From the NCBI GenBank assembly GCA_900768425.1, contig CAAGCR010000108.1, positions 1 to 45,117 of the forward strand: a stretch of 45,117 nt of DNA, written 5' to 3'. Origin of the DNA: Clostridia bacterium (GTDB lineage Bacteria; Bacillota; Clostridia; Christensenellales; UBA1242). The position numbers were made by a program, and so were the translations under genes. The stretch's first letter is position 1. Every line of letters starts with the position of its first letter. This document shows positions 1-7,919 of this stretch, piece by piece. The notes beneath the pieces are model-generated. The model searched no databases. It was not told the DNA's origin and saw only the letters and a list, made by a program, of their open reading frames with translations.

Positions 1-18
1 ACGACGCTCTTCCGATCT
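1..18. other. Illumina TruSeq adapter remnant (ACGACGCTCTTCCGATCT) at the contig end
   Basis: Exact match to the 3' 18 nt of the TruSeq universal adapter. The IS3 orfB frame on the minus strand runs straight into it without a stop codon. Confidence 0.9.
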
Positions 19-921
19 TAATTTTTTAAAATATTGTTCTTTGTATTGTTTAGGTGTTAGATAATTTAACGCATAGGCTGGGCGTTCTTCGTTAAAGAAT
101 TTAATATATTCTTTTACTTCTTCTACGATGTTTTCGTCGCTGGTAATATGCAAGTCTAAAAACATCTCTGTTTTTATCCAACCATTTATTGATTCCATGC
201 TAGCGTTGTCCGTTGGTGTCCCAGCCCTTGACATTGAGCGAATAATATGGTACATTGGTAATAGTTCGTTGAACTTTTTGGAAGAATACACAGAACCTTG
301 GTCAGTATGCAGAACCGTTTCCAAGTCTGGGTATTCTTTCTTAATTTCTAGCAAGTTGTTTAATCCGCTAATATATGTTAGTCTATCTCCGCGTTTAGTA
401 GACAATGCGTGAGATACGATTTCATTATTCCATAAGTCCATGTAAAGTGTTAGTTCGTAATATGTTCCATTAAAGTAGAATGCTGTCATATCGCTCACTA
501 TGCATTGCAATGGTTTATCTATACGCATATCTTGCATCAAAAGATTAGGGTAGAATCTAGACAATTCGTCCTTATCTTTTTTCTTGTATCTGTAATGTTT
601 ACATACACTTGTAATACCTGCTAATTTACAACATTTGTGTGCATATGGATTAGAATAGTGAATGCCTGTATCTAAAAAGATTTTAGCATTGAGCCAACGA
701 TATCCGTGCGATGGATATTTTTCGTGGTAATTCTTAAATCTGGAAATACTATCAACTAAGTTAAGTAGTTTTTTAGATGGTGCAGATAAACGATTTTTCC
801 AAGCATAGAAACCACTTCTGTTAAGACACATAACCTTGCATATTTTCTTAATAGGGAATAAAGCGGATAATTCTAAAACTATTTGGTATTCTTGCTGTTT
901 AAAGAAACGAATTCCTTTTTT
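19..921 (-). CDS. IS3-family transposase OrfB (DDE integrase core), reached by -1 frameshift from OrfA; 3' end truncated by the adapter
   Basis: Manual translation of the -1 frame gives ...CIVSDMTAF...LHTDQGSVYSS...GTPTDNASMESINGWIK...ERPAYALNYLTPKQY. This is the classic D, D, E spacing and the IS3 C-terminus. It is absent from the ORF track because it has no ATG and no stop inside the window. Confidence 0.8.
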
Positions 922-1235
922 TGACCACCCCCTTTCACAAGATATCCTTTTTTTGCTCGTGCTTCATTCACTTTAGCCTTGATAAGTTCGTCAATAAGTT
1001 GCTCTTTAGATAAAGAGAGATAGAATTCCAAATCTTTAGCATCATTTTTTCTAGCGAAAGAAAGGGAAACATTACCGTCCTTATCAGGGAGATTATTAAG
1101 GTCACGATAGAATCGCATGTAATCTCTAGCGGTATATGGGTTAATACTAAATTTAACAGCGGCTTCGGAACAGGACAATAACCAATCATAAATTTGCCTG
1201 CCGATATCAAGCCTTTCTTCTTCAGTGTATTTCAT
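879..1235 (-). CDS. IS3-family transposase OrfA
   Basis: 118-aa ORF with an N-terminal HTH-like region and a C-terminal coiled region. It ends just past the AAAAAAG frameshift motif, with an AGG-type SD upstream. Confidence 0.85.
   Translation of the reverse strand: MKYTEEERLDIGRQIYDWLLSCSEAAVKFSINPYTARDYMRFYRDLNNLPDKDGNVSLSFARKNDAKDLEFYLSLSKEQLIDELIKAKVNEARAKKGYLVKGGGQKKEFVSLNSKNTK
915..921 (-). promoter_or_regulatory. Programmed -1 ribosomal frameshift heptamer A-AAA-AAG
   Basis: Minus strand reads GGT CAA AAA AAG GAA in the OrfA frame. The OrfB frame is open from this point. Confidence 0.7.
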
Positions 1236-1422
1236 AAAACCTCAAAAAAAATAAAAATTGGGATTCCCTGTATAGGGAATGAGAGAGAAAGTCCAAAGAC
1301 ATAGAAAGATAGTACAATAATCAAAAAGATATGTCCACAAAAAACACCCCCTTGTCCACTTTTAGTTTACCACTTCATTTTTTAAAAGATTGTTACATAA
1401 TTAAAAATAATTTTTGTGATGG

Positions 1423-1452
1423 TTGACAAATTATGGGGGCGGGTTTTAAAAT
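1423..1452 (+). promoter_or_regulatory. Sigma-A-like promoter TTGACA-18-TAAAAT
   Basis: The hexamers were read directly. The -10 ends 6 nt before the ATG at 1459. Confidence 0.45.
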
Positions 1453-1458
1453 AGGGGT

Positions 1459-2271
1459 ATGAAAGATTTACACATACATACAAAATATTCAGATGGCGAG
1501 TATGATGAATATGAGATTATTGAAAGAATTAAAAATGCCGGAATTACAGAGTTTGCTATTTGTGACCACGACACAATTGAGGGTAGCAAAAGGGTGAGTG
1601 ATGTTTTAAAGGGTCAAAAAAGTGACTTAATTTTTCATTCGGGAGTGGAACTTACAAGCAGAGTGTTTGATATTTTTGGTGGAGTCAATGTACATTTGCT
1701 GGTTAGAGATTATGACTTTAATGAACCGGGAATTGCCGAACTTGTGCAAGAAATTTCAGTTTTAAGAAGAAAAAAGATTCAACGAATGGCGGACTTTATT
1801 GCAAGCATCTATGGCATAAGGTTTAGCGATGCAGAAATAGCCGAAGTTGAGAAACAAACAAATTCTGTCGGCAAGCCACATATGTATAAATTGTTATGTA
1901 AATATGGAAATTACGATAGAATAACATACTATAAAAATATGGACGAACTACACTCGGAAGATTTAAGACTAAACGCACTAAAAGTTTTAAAATTGGCGCA
2001 TATGGGAAAAGGCTATGTTACACTAGCACATCCCAAAGAAGTTATGCGTGAATATAATATGGGCTATAAAGAAATTGATGAACTAGTTGCATATTTGAAA
2101 AATTTTGGACTAGATGCCCTAGAAACTGAACACTCATTACATACAAAACAAGATATTATAGAGTTTAACAGAATTGCCGATAAATATAACCTAATAAAAA
2201 CACGTGGCAGTGATTATCATGGTGAGAATGTAAAACCCGATGTCTTTTTAGGTGTTTGCGAAAAAAGATAA
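1459..2271 (+). CDS. PHP-domain metal-dependent phosphoesterase (TrpH/YciV-like)
   Basis: N-terminal DLHIHTKYSDG and ICDHDT motifs and C-terminal GSDYHG are typical of the PHP family. Confidence 0.8.
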   Translation: MKDLHIHTKYSDGEYDEYEIIERIKNAGITEFAICDHDTIEGSKRVSDVLKGQKSDLIFHSGVELTSRVFDIFGGVNVHLLVRDYDFNEPGIAELVQEISVLRRKKIQRMADFIASIYGIRFSDAEIAEVEKQTNSVGKPHMYKLLCKYGNYDRITYYKNMDELHSEDLRLNALKVLKLAHMGKGYVTLAHPKEVMREYNMGYKEIDELVAYLKNFGLDALETEHSLHTKQDIIEFNRIADKYNLIKTRGSDYHGENVKPDVFLGVCEKR

Positions 2272-2330
2272 AGATAATTTATTTAAGTAAATAAGTAATA
2301 ATTATAATTTAATTAAAAATACATAAAAAT

Positions 2331-2372
2331 AAGGTGAAATTGCGTAAAAAATTGCAATTTTGCCTTATTTTT
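2331..2372 (+). terminator. Rho-independent terminator-like hairpin
   Basis: AAGGTGAAATTGC / GCAATTTTGCCTT stem followed by ATTTTT. Confidence 0.55.
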
Positions 2373-2434
2373 AATAAATTAAAGTGTTTTTCATATGTAA
2401 TGATAATTTAACAAATGTCCAATTATGTAAAAAA

Positions 2435-2463
2435 TTGACAAAATTATAATTGTGGTGTATAGT
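2435..2463 (+). promoter_or_regulatory. Promoter TTGACA-17-TATAGT upstream of the dlt-like operon
   Basis: Near-consensus hexamers with a 17-nt spacer. Confidence 0.6.
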
Positions 2464-2516
2464 AATAACTAGTGTGCATTGCACAATTATGTGAAATCAA
2501 TAGGAGATGCGATATT

Positions 2517-3971
2517 TTGAAAAATATTATTGAATTTTTGCAAAGAAATTGCAATAAATCGCCGGATAAAATTTTCTGCGTTGATGATGAAGATTCTTAC
2601 ACTTATGCAAAAGCCTTGCAAATAGTAAAAAATATTGCATCTTTTTTTGCGGATAAAAACATTCAAAATCAACCTATTATGATAAGGGCAGAGAGGAACA
2701 ACAAAACACTTTTATCTATTTTAGCAATCATAATGTCAAATAATTACTATGTGCCGGTTAATCCGGATTTTTCAAAAGAAAAGGTGGAGTCGGTTATTGA
2801 ATCTTCACATATTAATTATGAACTTATAACAGATGATAATGTGGAAATATTCACAGATGAACATTTTTATTATGATGATTGTGTTAAGTTTAAGGCTGAT
2901 GAAAATTTGTTAGATAATGTCAGTAAAAACTATGACATCAATAACAACATATATACAATATATACATCTGGCTCAACAGGTAAACCTAAAGGGGTGGCAA
3001 AATCGCATAAAAATGTTATTGCTTTTGTAACCAACTTTTTGCAAACTTTTAAATTGCCCGAAGATTTAAAAATCGCAAATCAGTCACCGCTGTTCTTTGA
3101 TGCATCTATGAAAGATGTATTTATCACGTTAATTGGCGGTGGGGAGATATACTTTCCAAACAAGACTTTATTTTCAATGCCAATGAAACTTATTGAGTAT
3201 TTGAATGCTAATTGTATTAATTTTATATGTTGGGTGCCATCGGCATTGACAATCATTGTTAGATTAAATACTTTTAAATACATAAAACCGCAATTTTTAA
3301 AATTTGTTATGTTTGTCGGGGAAGTATTTTTACCTAAGTACTTAAATATGTGGCTTCAAGAACTTCCCGAAATAACCTATGTAAACCTATATGGTTCAAC
3401 CGAAATTGCGGGGGTGTGTCTGTATAAAATAATAGATAGACCTTTGCCGGAAGATAAAGCCATTCCACTAGGAAAGCCACTTGCAAATAATAAAGTGTAT
3501 TTGGTTGATGGTGAAATTGTGGTGGAGTCAGACCAAATAGCCTTGTGTTATGTCAATGATGAAGAGAAGAATAAAACAGTATTTGAAAATTTTGAAGGTG
3601 TAAGAAGACTAAAAACCGGTGACTTTGCTTTTATAAACGATGATAATGATATTGTGTTTACATCAAGAAAAGATTTTCAAATAAAGCATATGGGTTATAG
3701 AATAGAGTTGCAAGAAATTGATATTGCTGTATCAAAACTAAAATATATATCAAATTGTGCGGTGTTATATAATCAACCTGCGGATAAAATTGTTGCTTTT
3801 GTGTCGTTAAACCAAAAAGTAGATAATCCAACCAAAAGCATAATTTCGGACTTAAAAAATATTATTCCTGCGTATATGATTCCTAATAGGGTTGTTGTGT
3901 TAGATGAATTACCTTTAAACGCTAATGGGAAAATTGATAGAGTAAAATTAAAACAAATGATGGGAGAATAA
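2517..3971 (+). CDS. dltA: D-alanine--carrier-protein ligase-like adenylating enzyme (DltA family)
   Basis: Motifs: AMP-binding YTSGSTGKPKGV, DltA-like FFDASMKDVF, YGSTE, TGD...FQIKHMGYRIEL and C-terminal NGKIDR. I prefer the TTG start at 2517, which has AGGAGA 9 nt upstream. The track start GTG 2472 sits right after the -10 box. Confidence 0.85.
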   Translation: MKNIIEFLQRNCNKSPDKIFCVDDEDSYTYAKALQIVKNIASFFADKNIQNQPIMIRAERNNKTLLSILAIIMSNNYYVPVNPDFSKEKVESVIESSHINYELITDDNVEIFTDEHFYYDDCVKFKADENLLDNVSKNYDINNNIYTIYTSGSTGKPKGVAKSHKNVIAFVTNFLQTFKLPEDLKIANQSPLFFDASMKDVFITLIGGGEIYFPNKTLFSMPMKLIEYLNANCINFICWVPSALTIIVRLNTFKYIKPQFLKFVMFVGEVFLPKYLNMWLQELPEITYVNLYGSTEIAGVCLYKIIDRPLPEDKAIPLGKPLANNKVYLVDGEIVVESDQIALCYVNDEEKNKTVFENFEGVRRLKTGDFAFINDDNDIVFTSRKDFQIKHMGYRIELQEIDIAVSKLKYISNCAVLYNQPADKIVAFVSLNQKVDNPTKSIISDLKNIIPAYMIPNRVVVLDELPLNANGKIDRVKLKQMMGE

Positions 3972-3975
3972 AAAA

Positions 3976-4215
3976 ATGGAAATTAAAGAAAAGATTTTAG
4001 AAATTTTAAGTGATATGCATCCAGAGGTAGATGACTTTGAAAGCATTCCAGATTTAGTTCATGGCGGAACTTTGGACTCTTTAAACATAGTTATGTTAGT
4101 AGCAGAACTTAGCGACAACTTTGATATTGAAATTCCACCACAAGAAATCGCTTATGAAAATTTTGATACTGTTGCCGGACTTGTAAAAATGGTAGAAAGA
4201 TTACAAGAGGCATAA
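3976..4215 (+). CDS. dltC: D-alanyl carrier protein (DltC-like acyl carrier)
   Basis: 79 aa, with the phosphopantetheine-attachment motif GTLDSLNIVML. Confidence 0.85.
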   Translation: MEIKEKILEILSDMHPEVDDFESIPDLVHGGTLDSLNIVMLVAELSDNFDIEIPPQEIAYENFDTVAGLVKMVERLQEA

Positions 4216-4216
4216 A

Positions 4217-5806
4217 ATGGGCTTTATATCATTATATTTTTTAGCCTTTATTGTCACTTTGTTTTTGGTATACTTTTTAGTGCCAAAGAAAATTCGCTGG
4301 ATGATTCTTCTAATATTCAGCATAATTTTTTACTTGCTTTGCAGTTGGAAATCTATATTTTTTATACTTTTTACAACAATTTGCATATATTTTGCCAGTA
4401 ACAATATATCCAAGAATAAAACGCGAGAAAAAATTTATTTGGCAGAAAACACAAATCTTACCATAGATGAAAAAAAGGCATACAAGGCAAAAAATAAAAA
4501 ATTACGAAAAATACATATGGTGCTGGGTATTATTTCCATCGTTGCAGTGCTTGCAGTGATGAAATATTTAAACTTTACCATAGGAAATATAAATACCGTT
4601 TTAGGCTGGTTTAATAGCAGTTTTAAACTGAGTACAGTAAAGTGGTTTTTGCCACTTGGCATATCTTTTTATACCTTTCAAGCAATAGGCTATATTGCCG
4701 ATGTATATTGGGGAAAATATGAAGCGGAACAAAACTTTTTTAAGTTTTTGCTTTTTATGTCATTCTTTCCAAAAATTATGCAGGGTCCAATTATTCGTTA
4801 CAACGAAATTAAGGAAACATTGTTTGGCGAAAACGATTTCAATTATGAAGGTTTTACTAACGGCTTAAAACGTATGCTTTGGGGATATTTCAAAAAAATG
4901 GTAATAGCAGACTGTTTGATTGTGTTTACCAAATATGCTTTTGAAAATCCACAACTACTTAGCAGTATAGAAGCGGTGCTTGCAATAATTTGTTACTTTA
5001 TTTATGATTATTGCGATTTTTCAGGTTATATGGACATAGCCTGCGGTGTGTCGGAGTGTCTGGGGGTTAAACTGCCAGAAAACTTTAATCATCCATATTT
5101 CGCTTGCGGAATTGATGAGTACTGGCGTAGATGGCACATGACTCTTGGTGCGTGGTTTAAAGATTATATTTTTTATCCTTTGAGCGTGTCTAAATTTTCT
5201 TTAAACTTAGGTAAAAAATCTAAAAAGATTTTTAAAAAGAATGCTAACAAAGTTCCGGCAATTTTCGGTTTGATTCTTGTTTGGTTTTTAACCGGTTTGT
5301 GGCATGGGGCTAGTTGGAATTATGTTTTATGGGGCTTATATTTTGGCTTAATAATAATTATTAGCATAATTTTAGAGCCATTGTTTAATAGGTTCTATGA
5401 AAAGACAAAAATAGACAGAAATGCAAAATGGATAGTGGTGCTTAGACACTTGCGAACACTTGTCTTGCTTGCATTTGGTAAAATATTATTTGAAACAAAT
5501 TCATTGGGTGCAACCTTTGCATTTATTGGCAGTTTATTTAATTTTGGTAATGAATTCCCATTTATGCAAATTCATTCAAGCATAGGCGCTCCGTCTTTGA
5601 TTACGGCAATGATTTTAAGTTTGATTGTGCTTGTGGTTGACTTAATTCAAGAAAAAAATCCAGAAACAACATTTAGACAAAAACTAAAAAAATTGCCACT
5701 TGCATTAGAGTGGGCATTGCTATTATGTTTGGTCATATTTATTGTATGGTTTGGTTACTACGGACAAGGTTTGCCAAAATATGAGTTTGGTTATATGGGG
5801 TTCTAA
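4217..5806 (+). CDS. dltB: MBOAT-family membrane O-acyltransferase (DltB/AlgI-like)
   Basis: Polytopic membrane protein with WRRWHMTLGAWFKDYIFYPL and WHGASWNYVLWG motifs. At 529 aa it is longer than classical DltB. Confidence 0.8.
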   Translation: MGFISLYFLAFIVTLFLVYFLVPKKIRWMILLIFSIIFYLLCSWKSIFFILFTTICIYFASNNISKNKTREKIYLAENTNLTIDEKKAYKAKNKKLRKIHMVLGIISIVAVLAVMKYLNFTIGNINTVLGWFNSSFKLSTVKWFLPLGISFYTFQAIGYIADVYWGKYEAEQNFFKFLLFMSFFPKIMQGPIIRYNEIKETLFGENDFNYEGFTNGLKRMLWGYFKKMVIADCLIVFTKYAFENPQLLSSIEAVLAIICYFIYDYCDFSGYMDIACGVSECLGVKLPENFNHPYFACGIDEYWRRWHMTLGAWFKDYIFYPLSVSKFSLNLGKKSKKIFKKNANKVPAIFGLILVWFLTGLWHGASWNYVLWGLYFGLIIIISIILEPLFNRFYEKTKIDRNAKWIVVLRHLRTLVLLAFGKILFETNSLGATFAFIGSLFNFGNEFPFMQIHSSIGAPSLITAMILSLIVLVVDLIQEKNPETTFRQKLKKLPLALEWALLLCLVIFIVWFGYYGQGLPKYEFGYMGF

Positions 5807-5807
5807 T

Positions 5808-6863
5808 ATGAAAAAATTAATTAAATTTTTAAGTTTTTCTTTAATATGTGTGATGACTCTTGTTTGTTTAAAACAGTTTGTTTTTGTCAAGCGAAAAATT
5901 CCAACAGAGTATAGTAAGTTTTACGATGAAACACAAAATACGCTTGATTTAGTGTCAATAGGCAATTCTACGGTTGCATACGGAATAAATCCTTGCATTG
6001 CTTGGAAAAATTTTGGAGTTACAAGCTATAACATAAGCGGACAACCATCGCATCCGGAAATTATTAATCTTGCCATAAATGAAGTCGCAAGAACACAATC
6101 TCCAAAAGTTATTTACATAGACATCAACGGACTTACATTCCAAAAACAAGAAGAAGCTCCGGAGTTCATTAAAAGATATGTACAAGCAATGCCAGATGGC
6201 GAGGCTAAGCAAAATGTTATAGCACAATATAGTTTTTTAACTGATAATAACAGTGAAAAAGATTTGGAAATTTTTGAAAATCATAATGATTATAGAAATC
6301 CAGATTTTTGGGTATCTATGAACCAATTAGATTATTCAAAAGGGTATAGGGTTTCTTATAAAACAAAAAAAGCAAAAGATGTAAAAACTTTAGATAAAAC
6401 AACTATCTTACCGATTCAAGATGATGGGGTGTATTATCTAAATAAAATTTTAGATACCTGTGCAAAATATCCACAAATAAATTTCATATTTGGCAAAACT
6501 CCTCGATTTTTAAATGAAAACACCATCAACGAATCTTATATGTTGCGTTCACTTATTCCTACCATTCAAGATAAAGGCTATGAATATGTTGATTGGTCAG
6601 AATATTTAGAAGAAATGGAGTTTGATGCAAAAACCGATTCGTTTGATGAACATCATTTAAACATCTATGGTGCTACTAAATTTACAAAGTTTTATATCTC
6701 ATATCTAAACGATAAATATTCAATCTGTGGCACAGACCACGATGAAGAAACAGAAAACAACTTTAATGACTCTTATAAAAAATTTGAACAAGATAAAGAA
6801 AAACACGAGAAAAAGAAAGATAAAAAAGATTCAAAAAAGAAGTTGATGATTAGTGTAAAATAA
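5808..6863 (+). CDS. Membrane-anchored SGNH/DHHW-like acyl-transfer protein (functional analogue of DltD)
   Basis: It has an N-terminal TM anchor, a GNS motif (VSIGNSTV) and a C-terminal DEHHLN motif resembling the DxxH/DHHW catalytic motif. The ATG at 5808 overlaps the upstream stop (TAATATG). The C-terminal tail is lysine-rich. Confidence 0.6.
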   Translation: MKKLIKFLSFSLICVMTLVCLKQFVFVKRKIPTEYSKFYDETQNTLDLVSIGNSTVAYGINPCIAWKNFGVTSYNISGQPSHPEIINLAINEVARTQSPKVIYIDINGLTFQKQEEAPEFIKRYVQAMPDGEAKQNVIAQYSFLTDNNSEKDLEIFENHNDYRNPDFWVSMNQLDYSKGYRVSYKTKKAKDVKTLDKTTILPIQDDGVYYLNKILDTCAKYPQINFIFGKTPRFLNENTINESYMLRSLIPTIQDKGYEYVDWSEYLEEMEFDAKTDSFDEHHLNIYGATKFTKFYISYLNDKYSICGTDHDEETENNFNDSYKKFEQDKEKHEKKKDKKDSKKKLMISVK

Positions 6864-7249
6864 TAGTGAACAAAACGCAAAAGTATTTTGTAGTGAACGA
6901 GATAATCATAAGTGAACAAGCATTAAAATGCTTACAGAGAGCGGGCTACACCCGCGGTGAACGAACAATAAATTGTCCGCTGTGAAGTGTAAGCCGTTGG
7001 CTTGCGGTGATGGTCAATGTTGCTGTCGCAACAAATGATAAATGAAGATTGATGACTGATGAATTATTGTCAAATTAAAATATTTGAATTATAACCTATT
7101 AAAATATTTGAATTATAACCTAAGTTTTGCTCCCGAGCTCGCGTGGAGCAAAAACCAGAATAATACAATAAAGACCTTTTGGTGCGTCAATGGTTGTAAA
7201 ACCTTAAAAGGTTGGCAAAAACTTAGATGATAATACAATATTAAAAAAC
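6864..7249 (+). repeat. Mosaic intergenic repeat, copy A
   Basis: Module order: GTGAA-prefixed hairpin array 6864-7015, TGATGAATTA arm module 7018-7066, TTGTCA core 7067-7121, then hairpins. It shares 58 nt at about 84% identity with 32726-32783, and its arm module recurs at 25488-25600 (inverted) and 32641-32672. Confidence 0.75.
7074..7121 (+). repeat. Exact 24-bp tandem duplication (ATTAAAATATTTGAATTATAACCT x2)
   Basis: Read directly from the sequence. The first unit completes a TTGTCA-17-TATAAC promoter-like arrangement (7067-7095). Confidence 0.9.
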
Positions 7250-7290
7250 AAAGCAAAATTGCTATTTATGTGCAATTTTGCCTTATTTTT
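7250..7290. terminator. Bidirectional terminator-like hairpin
   Basis: AAAGCAAAATTGC / GCAATTTTGCCTT stem with T-runs on both strands. It shares a 20-nt identical 3' arm with the hairpin at 2353-2372. Confidence 0.55.
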
Positions 7291-7824
7291 TTATTTTTCA
7301 ATATTATTTTCTTTAATTTTACTACAATTTTTATAGAATTTATGATATTCCCCATCAAATTCATTATATGTAAAATTTAATTTTTTTAATAATTTTATCA
7401 TACTTGTATTTTGTGGTTTTACAGATAAAATAACTCTGTTAAAAGGTTGGCTTAATTTTAAACTTTTGTCTTTTGTTAAAAGTTGGTCTATAACATCTTT
7501 TGCAATGCCCACACCTCTAAATTTAGGATTTACGGTAATGCAATACAAATTTAAAGCATCAATATGTTCAATTCCAAACATAAGTGCAACAACCGGATGA
7601 TTATTTATATATCCCATTATATTTTTAAACTGAGAACCATTCATATATTTTAAACATTCATTAATGTCATTTGCGGTTTGCTCCCACGATTTTGTTTCCA
7701 TACAAAGATTAAATTTATCTTCTTTAGATAACCATTTGTCAAGAGTTAAATAATTTTCTTTTTCTATGTTTTTCCATTCTATTTGCATAGTTAAAATACT
7801 AGCATATTTTATTATATTTTTCAA
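7291..7824 (-). CDS. GNAT-family N-acetyltransferase
   Basis: Acetyl-CoA binding motif RGVGIAKDVIDQLL in a 177-aa protein. Confidence 0.75.
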   Translation of the reverse strand: MKNIIKYASILTMQIEWKNIEKENYLTLDKWLSKEDKFNLCMETKSWEQTANDINECLKYMNGSQFKNIMGYINNHPVVALMFGIEHIDALNLYCITVNPKFRGVGIAKDVIDQLLTKDKSLKLSQPFNRVILSVKPQNTSMIKLLKKLNFTYNEFDGEYHKFYKNCSKIKENNIEK

Positions 7825-7850
7825 TACTTTTAAGTTTAATTTTTAGCAAA

Positions 7851-7879
7851 TTGACAACTAGAATATATTTTAGTATACT
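7851..7879 (+). promoter_or_regulatory. Promoter TTGACA-17-TATACT
   Basis: Near-consensus hexamers. The TTG start shown in the ORF track is the -35 box itself. Confidence 0.6.
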
Positions 7880-7919
7880 AAAACTCGTTTACAAATTTTT
7901 TATACGAGAGAGGCTAGAG

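Larger units (their letters stand above)
19..1377 (-). mobile_element. IS3-family insertion sequence, truncated at the contig end
   Basis: OrfA (HTH plus leucine-zipper-like) is followed by an A-AAA-AAG slippery site and a -1 frame OrfB with a DDE core. The candidate terminal repeat starts TGAAGTGGTAAACTAAAAGTGGACA (minus strand, from 1377). The other end is missing, so this boundary is tentative. Confidence 0.8.

Noticed and set aside
128-412. 94-aa plus-strand ORF from the track
   Set aside because: It lies entirely antisense to the IS3 orfB coding frame, whose translation shows clear DDE transposase motifs. It is a shadow ORF.
2472-2516. GTG start for dltA given by the ORF track
   Set aside because: It begins 9 nt after the predicted -10 box and has no SD. 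The TTG at 2517 has AGGAGA at proper spacing and gives the usual DltA N-terminus (LKNIIEFLQ...).
6864-7015. CRISPR-like reading of the GTGAA/hairpin arrays (also 32681-32783)
   Set aside because: The conserved unit is only about 9 nt, the variable parts are self-complementary hairpins rather than spacers, there are only 3-6 units, and no cas genes are present.
7050-7066. CTGATGA motifs in the arm modules read as hammerhead ribozyme cores or box C/D (UGAUGA...CUGA) kink-turns
   Set aside because: I could not find the required GAAA plus stem II/III context for a hammerhead, or the guide-spacing and terminal stem of a C/D RNA. The motif is more simply part of a purine-word repeat.
7851-7919. 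TTG start of the membrane-protein ORF
   Set aside because: The TTG is the first base triplet of a TTGACA -35 hexamer in a near-consensus promoter. The coding region more likely starts at GTG 7920.
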